From: Alphaproteobacteria bacterium
GTDB taxonomy: Bacteria; Pseudomonadota; Alphaproteobacteria; MPNO01; UBA830
Assembly: GCA_964291215.2 (NCBI GenBank)
Contig: OZ219790.1
Location: 1,856,001 to 1,920,000, forward strand
Length of the DNA: 64,000 bases
Direction: 5' to 3'
Part shown: piece after piece, positions 40,625-50,983 of the stretch
Position numbering within the stretch: position 1 is the stretch's first letter
Layout of the letters: every line of letters starts with the position of its first letter
The notes under the pieces: model-generated
What the model saw: only the letters and a program-made list of their open reading frames with translations
Told to the model about the DNA's origin: nothing
The model's database searches: none
Made by a program: the position numbers and the translations under genes

Positions 40625-42167
40625 GTAACTGCTCACCCCCTGGTTCCGGCTTGATGTCGGGGTAGAGCAACGAACGGGTTTTCGTGGAGATTTGACACTG
40701 CAGGCCGATTCGTTTAGTGGTGGTAATCGAGAACGACGGGGACCGCCAGTGGGCTACTTTGGATCGAAGGCGACGAGCGGGCTGTGCCAGCTGCTTCCGG
40801 GGCTCCAGCCCCCGCATGATCTGTATGTGGAAACGCATCTCGGAGGCGGCGCGCTGATGAAGCGCAAGGCCGGGTGATGGCGACGGGCGGCGCGCGAGGA
40901 GTTCGAAGCGGCCAAGACCGCGGCGCTGCCGGCAAGGTGGCGGAAGAGGCCGTGATCCGCGTCTTCGTCATCCTGTTCGACATCCTCATCGTCGTCCTTC
41001 TGGAGAAGACCACGCAAGAGCCGGAACTCCGGTCTGCCGCCGTCACAGACGGACAAGAGCGTGCCGGGAGCAACGGCCCGAAGCCGAACCGGCAGATGGG
41101 CGACAACCTGCGCAAGACCATCGTCGAGGAAACGGTCGCGGCCTGCGACGCCTGCGGCGCTGACATCGACGGCCCCGTCGATCGGGAGCGCCGCACGACA
41201 TCGTGTTCGAGGTCGTCGAGCGCCGCGCCGAGATCAAGGAATGCCCGAAGTGCAAGGCCCGGACCAAGGGCCGGTTCCCCGACAACATCCCGTGCAGTAC
41301 GGCATTCAGGCCCTCGTCATCAACCTGCTGGTCGCCCAGATGCTGTCCCTGCGCCGTGCCGTCGCGTTCGTGCAGGCGATCTCCGGCATCAAGCTCTCCG
41401 AGGCAACCTGCCTCGGCTATGCTTTCACGATGCGCTCGTGTCATGGGAGGAGGCCGCCGTGGCGCACCTCCTGCAACGCCCGATGTCGACGAGACCGGAT
41501 TTCGGATCAACAGTAAGTGGCTCCATGTCGTGGGACCCTGACGTGTAAGTTCCCGCACCGCAAGCGCGGGCAAGAGATCGGCCCGTGCTACAAGGGCGTC
41601 CTGGGCCTCGTACATGGGCCAGTGTAGCCACCAGCTGTGCGGCAGCCACCTGCTGCGCGAACTGACCTTTGTCGTCGAGGCTACCGCTGGGCGCGACTGA
41701 TGAAGAGCCTGCTCCCTGCCACAAGGTCAACAAGAGCGCATCCAAAACCCTGAACGAGGCTGACCGCCGGGCCGTGCGCAAGCGCTACCGCACCATCAGG
41801 GTGCCAGAGAACTGCCCGACATCCCGCCGCCGACGAAAGGAAAACGTGGACGCAAGTCCGACGCGCACAACCTGCACGAACGTCTCGTGAAACACGAAAA
41901 GTCAGTCCTGCGCTTCACAGACGACCCCAACGTCAGCTTCACCAACAATGCCGGAGAACAGAAGATCAGGATGGCAAAGGTCAAGGTGTCCGGATGCTTC
42001 CGCTCCACGCAAAAGCATGGTGCCGGGGCTCAAGCTACCTCACCTCCATGGCCGCACTCGGCTACAACCCACTCGTCGCCACCCAGATCGCCCTCGACGG
42101 AAAAGCTCGCAGACATCATCAACGAGCACTATGGCCAATCAGAACCCAACTAGGGGTGAGTAGATAC
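40625..42167 (+). mobile_element. IS66-family element, copy 5 (decayed)
   Basis: Same TIRs; perfect 8 bp TSD TGAAAATA. Confidence 0.93.
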
Positions 42168-42214
42168 TGAAAATATCCGAATTTGATGTTTAGAGGCATC
42201 AAAGAACACCAAGA

Positions 42215-43069
42215 TTGAAGCCCTTTCTGGACCGAGGCCTACCCGGTTTCCTCGTCGATGCAGCATGGCTGAAGCGCTTCGGGATCGACCCCAAATCTAT
42301 CCACAATTACGCCGAGCGGGGCTGGCTGGAGCGGGTGGTGCGCGGAGTCTACCGCCGCCCGTTGCCCCATACCGATCAGGCGGGGCACCCGATTATCCGA
42401 CTGGAGACCGACTGGCAGTTCCTGCTGCTGTCGATCCAATGGATCATGGAACATGATGCCCATCTGGGTGGTTTGAGCGTGCTCGGCTTCCATGGGCTCG
42501 CCCACTATCGGCCGCTTGGTGGCGGGAAGCGTGTCTGTCTCTATGGCGAAGCCCCCTCCCGGCTGGCGCGCCTTCCAGGCAAGACACAGTTTGTCGTCCG
42601 CTCGCGCGCCCTGTTCGGCAATGGCCTCACCGATGTCGAGAATACCGAGCACCAGCTTGAGAGCGCGCCCGGGGCGAGGACAGGGCACGGCCCGACGGTG
42701 AGCCCCTGGCGCTGGCCGCTCAAGGTTTCGTCTCCCGAACGTGCCATCCTCGAAGCGCTCGGCGAACTGCCGGCCCACGCGACCTTCGACGATCTGGACA
42801 TGATCTTTCAGGGGTTGGCGAACCTGCGCCCCGAGCGCCTGATGACCCTGCTGCGCGCTTGTAGAAGCATCAAGGTCAAGCGCCTGTTTTTCGTGTTCGC
42901 CGACCGGCATGAGCATGTCTGGTTGAAGCATCTGGACAAGAGCGCCATCGATTTCGGTTCCGGTCCGCACGCGCTGATGAAGGGTGGAAAACTGCACCCG
43001 GTCTACCGGATCTATGTGCCCGAGGCGCTTCTGCCTGTCGATCTCGACGACGACGCGAGCCATGCATGA
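42215..43069 (+). CDS. abiEi: Type IV TA antitoxin, AbiEi family
   Basis: GWLERVVRGVYRRP, SSPERAILEAL, CRSIKVKRLF; TTG start uncertain. Confidence 0.85.
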   Translation: MKPFLDRGLPGFLVDAAWLKRFGIDPKSIHNYAERGWLERVVRGVYRRPLPHTDQAGHPIIRLETDWQFLLLSIQWIMEHDAHLGGLSVLGFHGLAHYRPLGGGKRVCLYGEAPSRLARLPGKTQFVVRSRALFGNGLTDVENTEHQLESAPGARTGHGPTVSPWRWPLKVSSPERAILEALGELPAHATFDDLDMIFQGLANLRPERLMTLLRACRSIKVKRLFFVFADRHEHVWLKHLDKSAIDFGSGPHALMKGGKLHPVYRIYVPEALLPVDLDDDASHA

Positions 43070-43934
43070 ACGCTGTGTCGAGCAGGTCCGTTTGCTGATG
43101 CGCCTTCTGCCGGCCATTGCGGCGGCGGAGGTCTTTGCGCTCAAAGGCGGTTCAGCCATCAATCCCTTCTACCGGGATATGCCGCGTCTGTCGGTCGACA
43201 TCGATCTGACCCATGTGCCGATCGAGAATCGTGCCTCCTCTCTTCACCATATCAATGCCACGCTCGACCGGATTATGGCCTCGTTCGGCCGCAGCAACGG
43301 GGATGGGCGGTTCCAGCGCATCGCCGGCGGTGGGAACCTGGAAACCCGCAAAATGGCCTCGCGCGGTACGGCGAGGGTGAAGATCGAGACCTCGCCTGTC
43401 ATGCGCGGGACGGTGCTGTCGCCGGTGCCGATGAGGGTTTCGGGCGCGGTAAAGGAGGCCTTCGGCTTTGCAGAGATGCCGGTGGTCGCCATTGAGGATC
43501 TCTTTGCCGGCAAGCTGCATGCCGCCCTCGACCGCCAGCATCCGCGCGGTCTCCATGATGTCCACCTGCTCTACGAGAATGAGGGGCTGACGGACGATTT
43601 ATGCCGGGCCTTTCTGGTCTATGTCCGTGCATCCGGTCGTCCGCCGCACGAACTGCTGGCGCCGCCGGCTATCCCGACAGAAGAACGGTACACGGAGGAA
43701 TTCGTTGAGATGACGCGAGAGGAGATTGCGCTGTCCAATCTCGAAGCTGTCCGATCTCGAAACAGCGCGGACGCGTCTGATCGCGGATATCCAAAGCCGC
43801 TCGACTGGCAAGTCCGCAACATTCCTGCTGTCGCTTCACGACGCCCAACCGGATTTCGCTCTCATCAACCTGCCTCAGGCCGAACGGCTTCCCGCCGTCC
43901 AATGGAGGCTTGTCAAGCTGCGCAGGCTCAAGGC
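43062..43934 (+). pseudogene. abiEii: AbiEii nucleotidyltransferase toxin, frameshifted and truncated
   Basis: FALKGGSAIN..PRLSVDIDL, GKLHAALDRQHPR; 16 bp duplication at 43730-43761; MITE-B at 43935. Confidence 0.85.
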
Positions 43935-44113
43935 CAGGACTTTCCCGCCTGTTGTTGATGTCTTGAATGACCGCTGAACGGGGCACAAATTTCTGCATTC
44001 TTGCCAGGTTTTCCGGCTGCGGCGACCCGGCCCCGCGGCCAGAAAACCCGGCAGGCTGTGCCCCCCCCTCCATCGGCAGTCGGCAAGATCGAATGCAGCG
44101 TGGGAAAGTCCCG
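43935..44113 (-). mobile_element. MITE-B, copy 3
   Basis: TIR CAGGACTTTCCC / GGGAAAGTCCCG; homologous to copies 1-2. Confidence 0.8.
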
Positions 44114-44123
44114 GGGGATCAAA

Positions 44124-44315
44124 CACGATGATCCCATGCTGTTTCGGAGACGCGAAATCCGAGTGCGTTGGAGCTCGCGTCATCACAGATCGCCCCTTGA
44201 TCGCAATTTTTCGCGCCGAGAAGGTCTCATTGAGCCTTGGCGGCACGATTGCAGCGCGACGCAGACCGAAAAATCTCGCCGGTCGCCGCTGGATTAGCAG
44301 CATGGGATCGTCGCG
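44124..44315 (-). mobile_element. MITE-A, copy 3
   Basis: TIR CACGATGATCCCATGCTG / CAGCATGGGATCGTCGCG; flanks GGGATCAAA / AGGATCGAA (7/9, eroded TSD). Confidence 0.85.
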
Positions 44316-44510
44316 AGGATCGAAGGGCGCGCGTTGACATCAGCGCTCACCCGTGCGACGCTCATTTCGAGTGACCCGGCCGCCCCGCTACCCACGCCGG
44401 ACTTGGCGGATCGCCCTTTTCGGGCATGTCCGATTGCATTTCGTCACGTCAACAGCAACCGGCCTGCAGTCTTGGACCCAGGTGCGGCAACCCAACCGGA
44501 AGAGGCCGAC

Positions 44511-45761
44511 GTGCGCTGCGAAGTGGTTGCCATCGGAACCGAACTGCTCCTAGGCCAGATCACCGACACGAACTCGACCTGGATCGGCGAGCAGCTCGCG
44601 CGGGTCGGGATCGATTCCCATTATCAGGTCAAGGTCGGAGACAACTTTACGCGCATCACCGCCTGCCTGCGCCTTGCGCTCGAGCGATCCGACGCCGTGA
44701 TCTGCTGCGGTGGACTGGGGCCGACCCAGGACGACATCACCCGCGAGGTCATCGCCGAGGTCGCCGGAGTCGGCCTGCTTCGCGATCCGGAGGTCGAACG
44801 GCGGATCGTCGAAAGGTTCGCCGCGCGCGGCCGGACCATGACCGAGAACAACCGCCACCAGGCCAATATCCCCGACGGGGCGACCGTCATACCCCAGATG
44901 CCGGGAACCGCGCCGGGCTTCATGTGCCCGGTCGAGAACCGGGCGATCTATGCCGTGCCCGGAGTTCCGTCCGAGATGCGGCAGATGATGGAGGGTTTCG
45001 TGCTGCCCGACCTCCGGCGCCGCTCGGGAACGACGGCCGTCATCCGGAGCCGGACTCTGCGTACCTGGGGGCACAGTGAATCCGGGCTTGCGGAGATGCT
45101 CGCCGGCCGCATCGAGGCGCTCGACAGGACCGGTAATCCGACCCTTGCCTTTCTGGCGAGCGGCGTCGAGGGCCTCAAGGTGCGGATCACCGCGAAGGCC
45201 TCAGACGAGGCCGAAGCGGAGCGGATCATCGCCCGGGAGGAAGAGCGCGTGCGGGCGCTCCTGGGCGAGATTGTCTTCGGCGTCGATGACCAAACCATGG
45301 AAGCGGTGATCGTCGAGCGGCTGCGCGCCGAGAGACAGACGCTGGCCGTGTCCGAGAGCCTGACCGGCGGCCTGATCTCGACCCGACTCAGCGCCGCCGA
45401 CCCGGAGATGGCGACCTTTGTCGGCGGCTGGACGCGGCCCTGGGCGGCCGCCAACACCGCGGCGCCGCTACCGGGTCCCGAGCGCGCGAAGTGGATGGCC
45501 AGCGATGTGCGGGCCGCGCATGAGGCCGATGTTGGCATAGCCGCAACCGGTCCGTTGCCCGGCGAACAGGCCGCCCCGGGAACGGTCTTCATGGCCATCG
45601 CCACCGCACGGGAGACGGTGGCGCACCAGGTCGCGCTTCCAGGAGATCCGCCGCAGGTGCGGGAATACGCGGTGATCAATCTCCTCAACATGCTCCGCAG
45701 GACCCTCATCGGTGAACCTGCGGCCAGCCCTGCCGAACGCGGACGGTCCGGCGCGAGTTGA
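44511..45761 (+). CDS. cinA: CinA family protein (competence/damage-inducible, NMN deamidase-related)
   Basis: IGTELLLGQITDTN, GGLGPTQDDIT, PGVPSEM, ESLTGG. Confidence 0.9.
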   Translation: MRCEVVAIGTELLLGQITDTNSTWIGEQLARVGIDSHYQVKVGDNFTRITACLRLALERSDAVICCGGLGPTQDDITREVIAEVAGVGLLRDPEVERRIVERFAARGRTMTENNRHQANIPDGATVIPQMPGTAPGFMCPVENRAIYAVPGVPSEMRQMMEGFVLPDLRRRSGTTAVIRSRTLRTWGHSESGLAEMLAGRIEALDRTGNPTLAFLASGVEGLKVRITAKASDEAEAERIIAREEERVRALLGEIVFGVDDQTMEAVIVERLRAERQTLAVSESLTGGLISTRLSAADPEMATFVGGWTRPWAAANTAAPLPGPERAKWMASDVRAAHEADVGIAATGPLPGEQAAPGTVFMAIATARETVAHQVALPGDPPQVREYAVINLLNMLRRTLIGEPAASPAERGRSGAS

Positions 45762-45882
45762 CCGAGGACCGCGTGATGTTAGATTTTCGAGGGCCGGCGC
45801 GGGTGACAGGCTGGGGAAGCGACGCGCGATTTTCCTGAATCTGCCCGATTCCGGCGATCCCGTTTCTGGAATCGGAAGACCG

Positions 45883-47073
45883 ATGCTGCAAACTCCGGAT
45901 GACCCGAACGGGCCGGCACAGGACCTGATCGACAAGGCCGAGGCGCTGGTCCCGGTGCTGGCAGAACGCGTCGAAGAGGCGGAAGCGTTGCGCCGCGTTC
46001 CCGACAGCTCGATCGACGATCTCCGCCGTTCAGGCTTTTTCCGGGCAGCCCTTCCGAAACGATACGGAGGCCACGAACTCGGCCTGGATCACGTGATCGA
46101 GGCCGTGTCGCGCCTCGGGCGCGGCTGCGGATCGACCGCATGGGTGTTCGGGATCTTCTGCGATCACATGATGACGATGGGCATGATGCCTCGGCAGACC
46201 CAGGACGAGATCTGGAGCGAGGACTCCGACACGCTGGTGTCCTCGGGGCTCGCGCCGGCCGGCCAGACAGAGCGGATGCCGGGCGGCGTGAAGCTCAGCG
46301 GGAGATGGCAGTTCTCGAGCGGCTGCGACCACGCGGCCTGGGTCTTCGTTCAGAGTTTCATCCCTCCCGATGACGAGGGCGGCGCCGCAACACCCGGCTA
46401 CTTCCTCCTGCCGCGCGACTCCTTCGAGATCGTCGACACATGGTACGTCGCCGGGCTGAAGGGAACCGGCAGCAAGGACATCGTCATCGACGGGGCCTTC
46501 GTTCCCGAACATCGCATCCAGGCACTGGAGCTGTTCAATGCCGGGACCGGACCCGGCGGCCAGGTCAACGAGGGCGCGATCTACCGTCTCCCCCGGATCG
46601 CAACGATTCCGTTTTCCCTGGTCGCGCCGGCGATCGGCATCTTGGATGCCATGATAGAAGCCTTCATCGAGCGCGTCGGCGGCCGCGAGACGCGTGGTTT
46701 CCGCCATGCCGAGCTGACGACCATGCAGTTGCGCCTCGCCGAATCCACGGCGGAGCGCGACTGCGCGAGGCTGCTGCTGCAGCGCGCCACCGCGGACACC
46801 ATGGCAAGCATGATGGAGGACGGCGGTCTCGATCTCGAACAGCGGGCCAGGAACCGTCGGGACATGGCGTATGTAGCCGTACTCTGCATGCGCGCGGCTG
46901 ACCGCCTGTTTCAGGCCGTGGGCGCCGGCGGGCTGTTCGACGGCAACGACATGAGGCGCCATCACGCCGACATCCGGGCTATCAGCGTCCACTACATCAA
47001 CAGCTGGGATATCTCCGGCCCGATCTACGGCCAGATGGCCCTGGGGCTCGAACCCACCAGCCCGCTGGTCTGA
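45883..47073 (+). CDS. Acyl-CoA dehydrogenase-fold flavin-dependent monooxygenase, oxygenase subunit (HsaA-like)
   Basis: PKRYGG, GCGSTAW, SGRWQFSSGCDHAAW, DTWYVAGLKGTGS. Confidence 0.85.
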   Translation: MLQTPDDPNGPAQDLIDKAEALVPVLAERVEEAEALRRVPDSSIDDLRRSGFFRAALPKRYGGHELGLDHVIEAVSRLGRGCGSTAWVFGIFCDHMMTMGMMPRQTQDEIWSEDSDTLVSSGLAPAGQTERMPGGVKLSGRWQFSSGCDHAAWVFVQSFIPPDDEGGAATPGYFLLPRDSFEIVDTWYVAGLKGTGSKDIVIDGAFVPEHRIQALELFNAGTGPGGQVNEGAIYRLPRIATIPFSLVAPAIGILDAMIEAFIERVGGRETRGFRHAELTTMQLRLAESTAERDCARLLLQRATADTMASMMEDGGLDLEQRARNRRDMAYVAVLCMRAADRLFQAVGAGGLFDGNDMRRHHADIRAISVHYINSWDISGPIYGQMALGLEPTSPLV

Positions 47074-47105
47074 CCGCCCGGGGGCATGCGCGTCCGGCCG
47101 GCGCG

Positions 47106-48551
47106 TCAGTCCCGCGGCAGTTTCAGTTCGTCCAGCGGCGGCAGACCGTACTCGCCCCAGTTTTCCTCAACCTCGCGCATCCGCGCCGCCGGCGGCAGGG
47201 AGAGGGCCGGAAAGTCCCATTTCCTGGTCGCATCGACGATCATCTTGGCGCCTCTGATCTCCGAACCGCTGCGGCCGGGCTCGAACGACGAGGGATCGAG
47301 TTCGACCGGCGCCGTATCCCCGATCAGCCTGATGTCCCTGTCCGGCCGCACACGCCAGGCCATCACCCAGTCCCGCATGAACGGGTCCTCGATATCGACA
47401 TCGTCGTCGCACACGACGATCCACTTGAAGTAGCTCATCCCGAAATGCCCGAGCACGCCAAATGCCGTCTGGTCGACATGGCCAGCATACATCTTGCGCA
47501 TGCTGATCCACAGCGTCGCCGTGCCGCCACCGGCCTCAAGGACATGAACGGCGCGGATTCCGGGCAGGTTGAGATCCTCGGCCAGATGCTTCTTCAGGCC
47601 CGCCTCCAGCAGCGCGCGCTTGATCATGGAGGATTCGGACGGCGGAAACTGACTGATGACGCCCATGACGATCGGCTCCCTGCGGTGGGTGATGCAGGTG
47701 ACGCGGAACACCGGCCCCTCGCGGCCGCCGGCCATATGGCCGGTGAACTCTCCGAACGGCCCCTCGGGCTCGGTCTCGTCGATGAGTATCTCGCCCTCAA
47801 CCACGATCTCGGCGTGTGCGGGGACCTCGAGATCCACCGTTTCGCACCTGACGAGCTCGATTGGCGCGCCGCGGATTCCACCCGCGACCGCAAGTTCGTC
47901 GGCCCCGTAGCGCGCCGGCGCCACGAGGTATTGCACCGGATCGCCGCCGATGAAGAAGGCCGCCGGCATGTGCTGCCCGCGGCGCTTCCACTTCTCGTAG
48001 TGGATCGCGCCGCCGCGGTCGGGTGCACCAAACAGGATACCCGTACGATCCCGCCCCTTGATCTGGCAGCGGCGGATGCCGATGTTGCGGTGCCCGCTGT
48101 CCGGGTCCTTCGTCACCCAGAGCGGCGTCAGATAGGGACCCGCGTCCTTTTCCGGCGTCCACACAGGCACCGGCAGCTTGCCAAGGTCGACCGCGTCGCC
48201 GCGCAGTATCACCTCCTTGCAGGGTCCGCCCTCAACGACGACGGGCTCGATCGGCGCCGTCATTCCGGCGGTCACGCAGGCATGGATCGCCTCAAGGCTG
48301 TTCTCGCAGCCGAGCGCGGTGGCGATCATGCGGCGCGACGATGCGGTCACGCCGGCCACGATGCGCCCGTCCGCAAAGCCCCTGACATTGCGGAAACCGA
48401 TGCCGTAGCGGTTGTCCTCGTCCATCGCCCGGAAGATCATTCGGAGGACGGTGCCGACCTCCCAGTCCTTGTCCACTTCCTTGTCAACCCATCTGAAAAG
48501 CCCCTGCTGTTCGAGGACCCGGAGCCATGTCCGCAGACTTTCATATGCCAT
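47106..48551 (-). CDS. UbiD family prenyl-FMN-dependent decarboxylase
   Basis: DAGPYLT, NIGIRR, VPAHAEIVVEG, EGPFGEFTGH, VCDDDVD, IVDAT. Confidence 0.9.
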   Translation of the reverse strand: MAYESLRTWLRVLEQQGLFRWVDKEVDKDWEVGTVLRMIFRAMDEDNRYGIGFRNVRGFADGRIVAGVTASSRRMIATALGCENSLEAIHACVTAGMTAPIEPVVVEGGPCKEVILRGDAVDLGKLPVPVWTPEKDAGPYLTPLWVTKDPDSGHRNIGIRRCQIKGRDRTGILFGAPDRGGAIHYEKWKRRGQHMPAAFFIGGDPVQYLVAPARYGADELAVAGGIRGAPIELVRCETVDLEVPAHAEIVVEGEILIDETEPEGPFGEFTGHMAGGREGPVFRVTCITHRREPIVMGVISQFPPSESSMIKRALLEAGLKKHLAEDLNLPGIRAVHVLEAGGGTATLWISMRKMYAGHVDQTAFGVLGHFGMSYFKWIVVCDDDVDIEDPFMRDWVMAWRVRPDRDIRLIGDTAPVELDPSSFEPGRSGSEIRGAKMIVDATRKWDFPALSLPPAARMREVEENWGEYGLPPLDELKLPRD

Positions 48552-48923
48552 TGCGCGTCTCCTCCATGCTGTCACGGCATGCGCACGACCCGCGCCCGCC
48601 GAGCCGGCGGGACAGTCGTAATGCGACCTGCTTGTGCGAAGCGCCGGGGTGCGGCGGCTGCCGGCCCGTCCCAGGCCGTTCCCGCAACGTCGAGGGCGAT
48701 ATGCACGACTTCCCGCCCGCCATCAACCTCGCAGTCGGATGCCCGCACAGCGGTCCCGGCATCCTCGGGCGTGAACATGTGCCATCGGAGGAGCCCGGGT
48801 TCCTCGCGGCGGCGCCACCGGAGCTGTCGCCGCAAGCACCTTCCCGGAGAACTCCTGCGAGCCGTGCCGGTATCTGGCGTGGAACGGGCGCACGGAACGG
48901 CCCGGCGGCAATGGTGGCCGGTG

Positions 48924-50675
48924 TCAGCCGGATCCGGCGCGCCCTCCCGATACCCCGTCCGCGGAGGAGTCATCGGACGGCATGATGACATCGGCCAGAA
49001 GGGCGTAGTCGTCGGCGCGGTGCATATCGATGATGCGGCGGATCTGGCCCTCGTCGGCGCCATATCCGCGCAGGACCGCTTCACCAAGCTGCAGGCTCAA
49101 TTCGTAGGTTTCGTGGACGATGCCGCTGGCCCCCGCCTCGTGAAGACGGTGCATGTGCGGGTTGTCGCGCGCGCGCGCATAGATCTCGAGCCCCGGGTAG
49201 CGGGCCCGCAGCTGGTGCACCACCCGCTCCGCCCCGGCAGCGTTGTCGAGAATGATGACGGCAGCGCGGGCGCGCGAGATCCCCACCGCCTCGAGAACCT
49301 CGAGCCTGCTCGCGTCGCCATAATACACCGACAGGCCCATGGCCCTCGCCCGCGCGACCCGCGTCGGCTCGAACTCGAGCGCAACATACGGAATATCCGC
49401 TGTCGTCAGGGCCTTCATCAGCGATTGCCCGACACGGCCAAAACCCGCGATCACGACATGGTTGGCAAGATCGGTCGTCTCCGCCCGCATCTGTTCGTGA
49501 TCGTCAGCTGGAAGGGTATCGAAATAGTCGTGAAGACGGCTCCCGATCGCCAGCGCAAGCGGCGTCAGGATCATGCTCACGACGATGACGGCGGCGAGGA
49601 TGGTGGTATCGTTCCGACTGAGAATTCCCAGCTCCCCCGCCATCGCAAAGATCACGAAACCGAACTCGCCTGCTCCGCCGAGCAGGAACGCCGTATTGGC
49701 GCCGATGCCGGCCGGGACACCCGAGCATCGGCAGAGTCCGAATATGATCGCAGCCTTGAGGGCGAACAGCACCGCGACCAGGCCGAGCACCAGCAACACG
49801 TGATTCCCGATCACGTCCAGGCTCAGGCCAATGCCGACGGTCATGAAGAAAAGGCCGAGGAGCAGGTCTCCGAACGGCCGGGTATCGGCCGCGACCTGGT
49901 GGCGAAATTCGGTTTCGGCGAGGAGCAGGCCGGCGAGGAAGCCACCGATGGCAAGCGACAGCCCGACCGACGCCGTCAGCCAGCTCATCCCGAGAAGCAC
50001 GGCAAGCGTCACCGCAGCGAACAGTTCCGTGCTGCGCCCGACCGCAATGACCCGGAGCAGCGGACGCAAGACAAGACGGCCGACCAGGACAACGACAGCC
50101 AGCGCCAATACCGCCTTGCCGAGCGGCAGGAGGATGGATCCGAACGTTCCGCCACCGTTGTCTGCCATCGCAGCAACCAGAGCAAGAAGCGGCACAACGG
50201 CCAGATCCTGGAGAAGGAGGATGGCGAAGGCGAGGCGGCCCCTGCGGGAGGTAAGCTGGCCGCGCTCGGACAGAAGCTGAAGGACAACCGCCGTCGACGA
50301 CAGGGCCAGGCCGGCGCCGATGACGACGCCGCTGTGGATCGGGTAGCCGACGGCGACTGCTATTGCGGCGATGGCGGCCGCGGTCAACGCCACCTGGGCA
50401 GTCCCGAGTCCGAAGATCAGGTTTCTGATGACCCGCAGACGCTCCACGCTGAGTTCAAGCCCAACCGAGAACAGCAGGAAGACGACACCGAGCTCGGCGA
50501 TGCTCTGGACCGTGTACGAACTCGCGACCAGCCCGAGCACGTCCGGCCCGATTATAACTCCAGCCGCCAGATATCCGAGCACCAGGCTGGACCGCAGACG
50601 CTGGAACACCGGGGCGACGATCACAGCTGCGATCAGGAAGATCAGCGCTTCGGAAAGGAAATCTGCGTCATGCAT
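48924..50675 (-). CDS. CPA2 cation:proton antiporter with TrkA-N domain (KefB/KefC-like)
   Basis: LGYLAAG, AELGVVFLLF, SSTAVV, LLQD, AGFGRVG, YGDA. Confidence 0.9.
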   Translation of the reverse strand: MHDADFLSEALIFLIAAVIVAPVFQRLRSSLVLGYLAAGVIIGPDVLGLVASSYTVQSIAELGVVFLLFSVGLELSVERLRVIRNLIFGLGTAQVALTAAAIAAIAVAVGYPIHSGVVIGAGLALSSTAVVLQLLSERGQLTSRRGRLAFAILLLQDLAVVPLLALVAAMADNGGGTFGSILLPLGKAVLALAVVVLVGRLVLRPLLRVIAVGRSTELFAAVTLAVLLGMSWLTASVGLSLAIGGFLAGLLLAETEFRHQVAADTRPFGDLLLGLFFMTVGIGLSLDVIGNHVLLVLGLVAVLFALKAAIIFGLCRCSGVPAGIGANTAFLLGGAGEFGFVIFAMAGELGILSRNDTTILAAVIVVSMILTPLALAIGSRLHDYFDTLPADDHEQMRAETTDLANHVVIAGFGRVGQSLMKALTTADIPYVALEFEPTRVARARAMGLSVYYGDASRLEVLEAVGISRARAAVIILDNAAGAERVVHQLRARYPGLEIYARARDNPHMHRLHEAGASGIVHETYELSLQLGEAVLRGYGADEGQIRRIIDMHRADDYALLADVIMPSDDSSADGVSGGRAGSG

Positions 50676-50983
50676 GGGCGTTTCGCGCCTGCGCCGCGGG
50701 CTTGCTCCCGACGGGGACTGCGGAGCCGCCTCCCGGCCCGAATCTTCCGGCAGCACTCCCGACGCGCGCGGCGTCGTGTATAATCGTGTCGGCTGCTACC
50801 GTCCCCTGCGCCGAAGATATCGCAGTTCGCAGGGTTCATACCGAATCAGGTTACCTCCCGTTCCGGGAAAACGCGGCAGAGCCCTGTGTCCGGAGATCCC
50901 ATGCAGACAGCAGCAGTTCCTATATCCCCGGGGGTTTCCGGCGGTGCTCGAGCGATTGGACGCGCACCCGGCAGGCGTCGCCG

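Noticed and set aside
39058-42167. IS66 copies 4 and 5 as a composite transposon or tandem-duplication artefact
   Set aside because: Each has its own distinct TSD and its own deletion set, so they are independent insertions 41 bp apart
48570-48893. GTGCG on the minus strand at 48893 as a second group II intron start
   Set aside because: No domain I/III/V motifs follow and only ~340 bp remain before ubiD; more likely a gene remnant or leader
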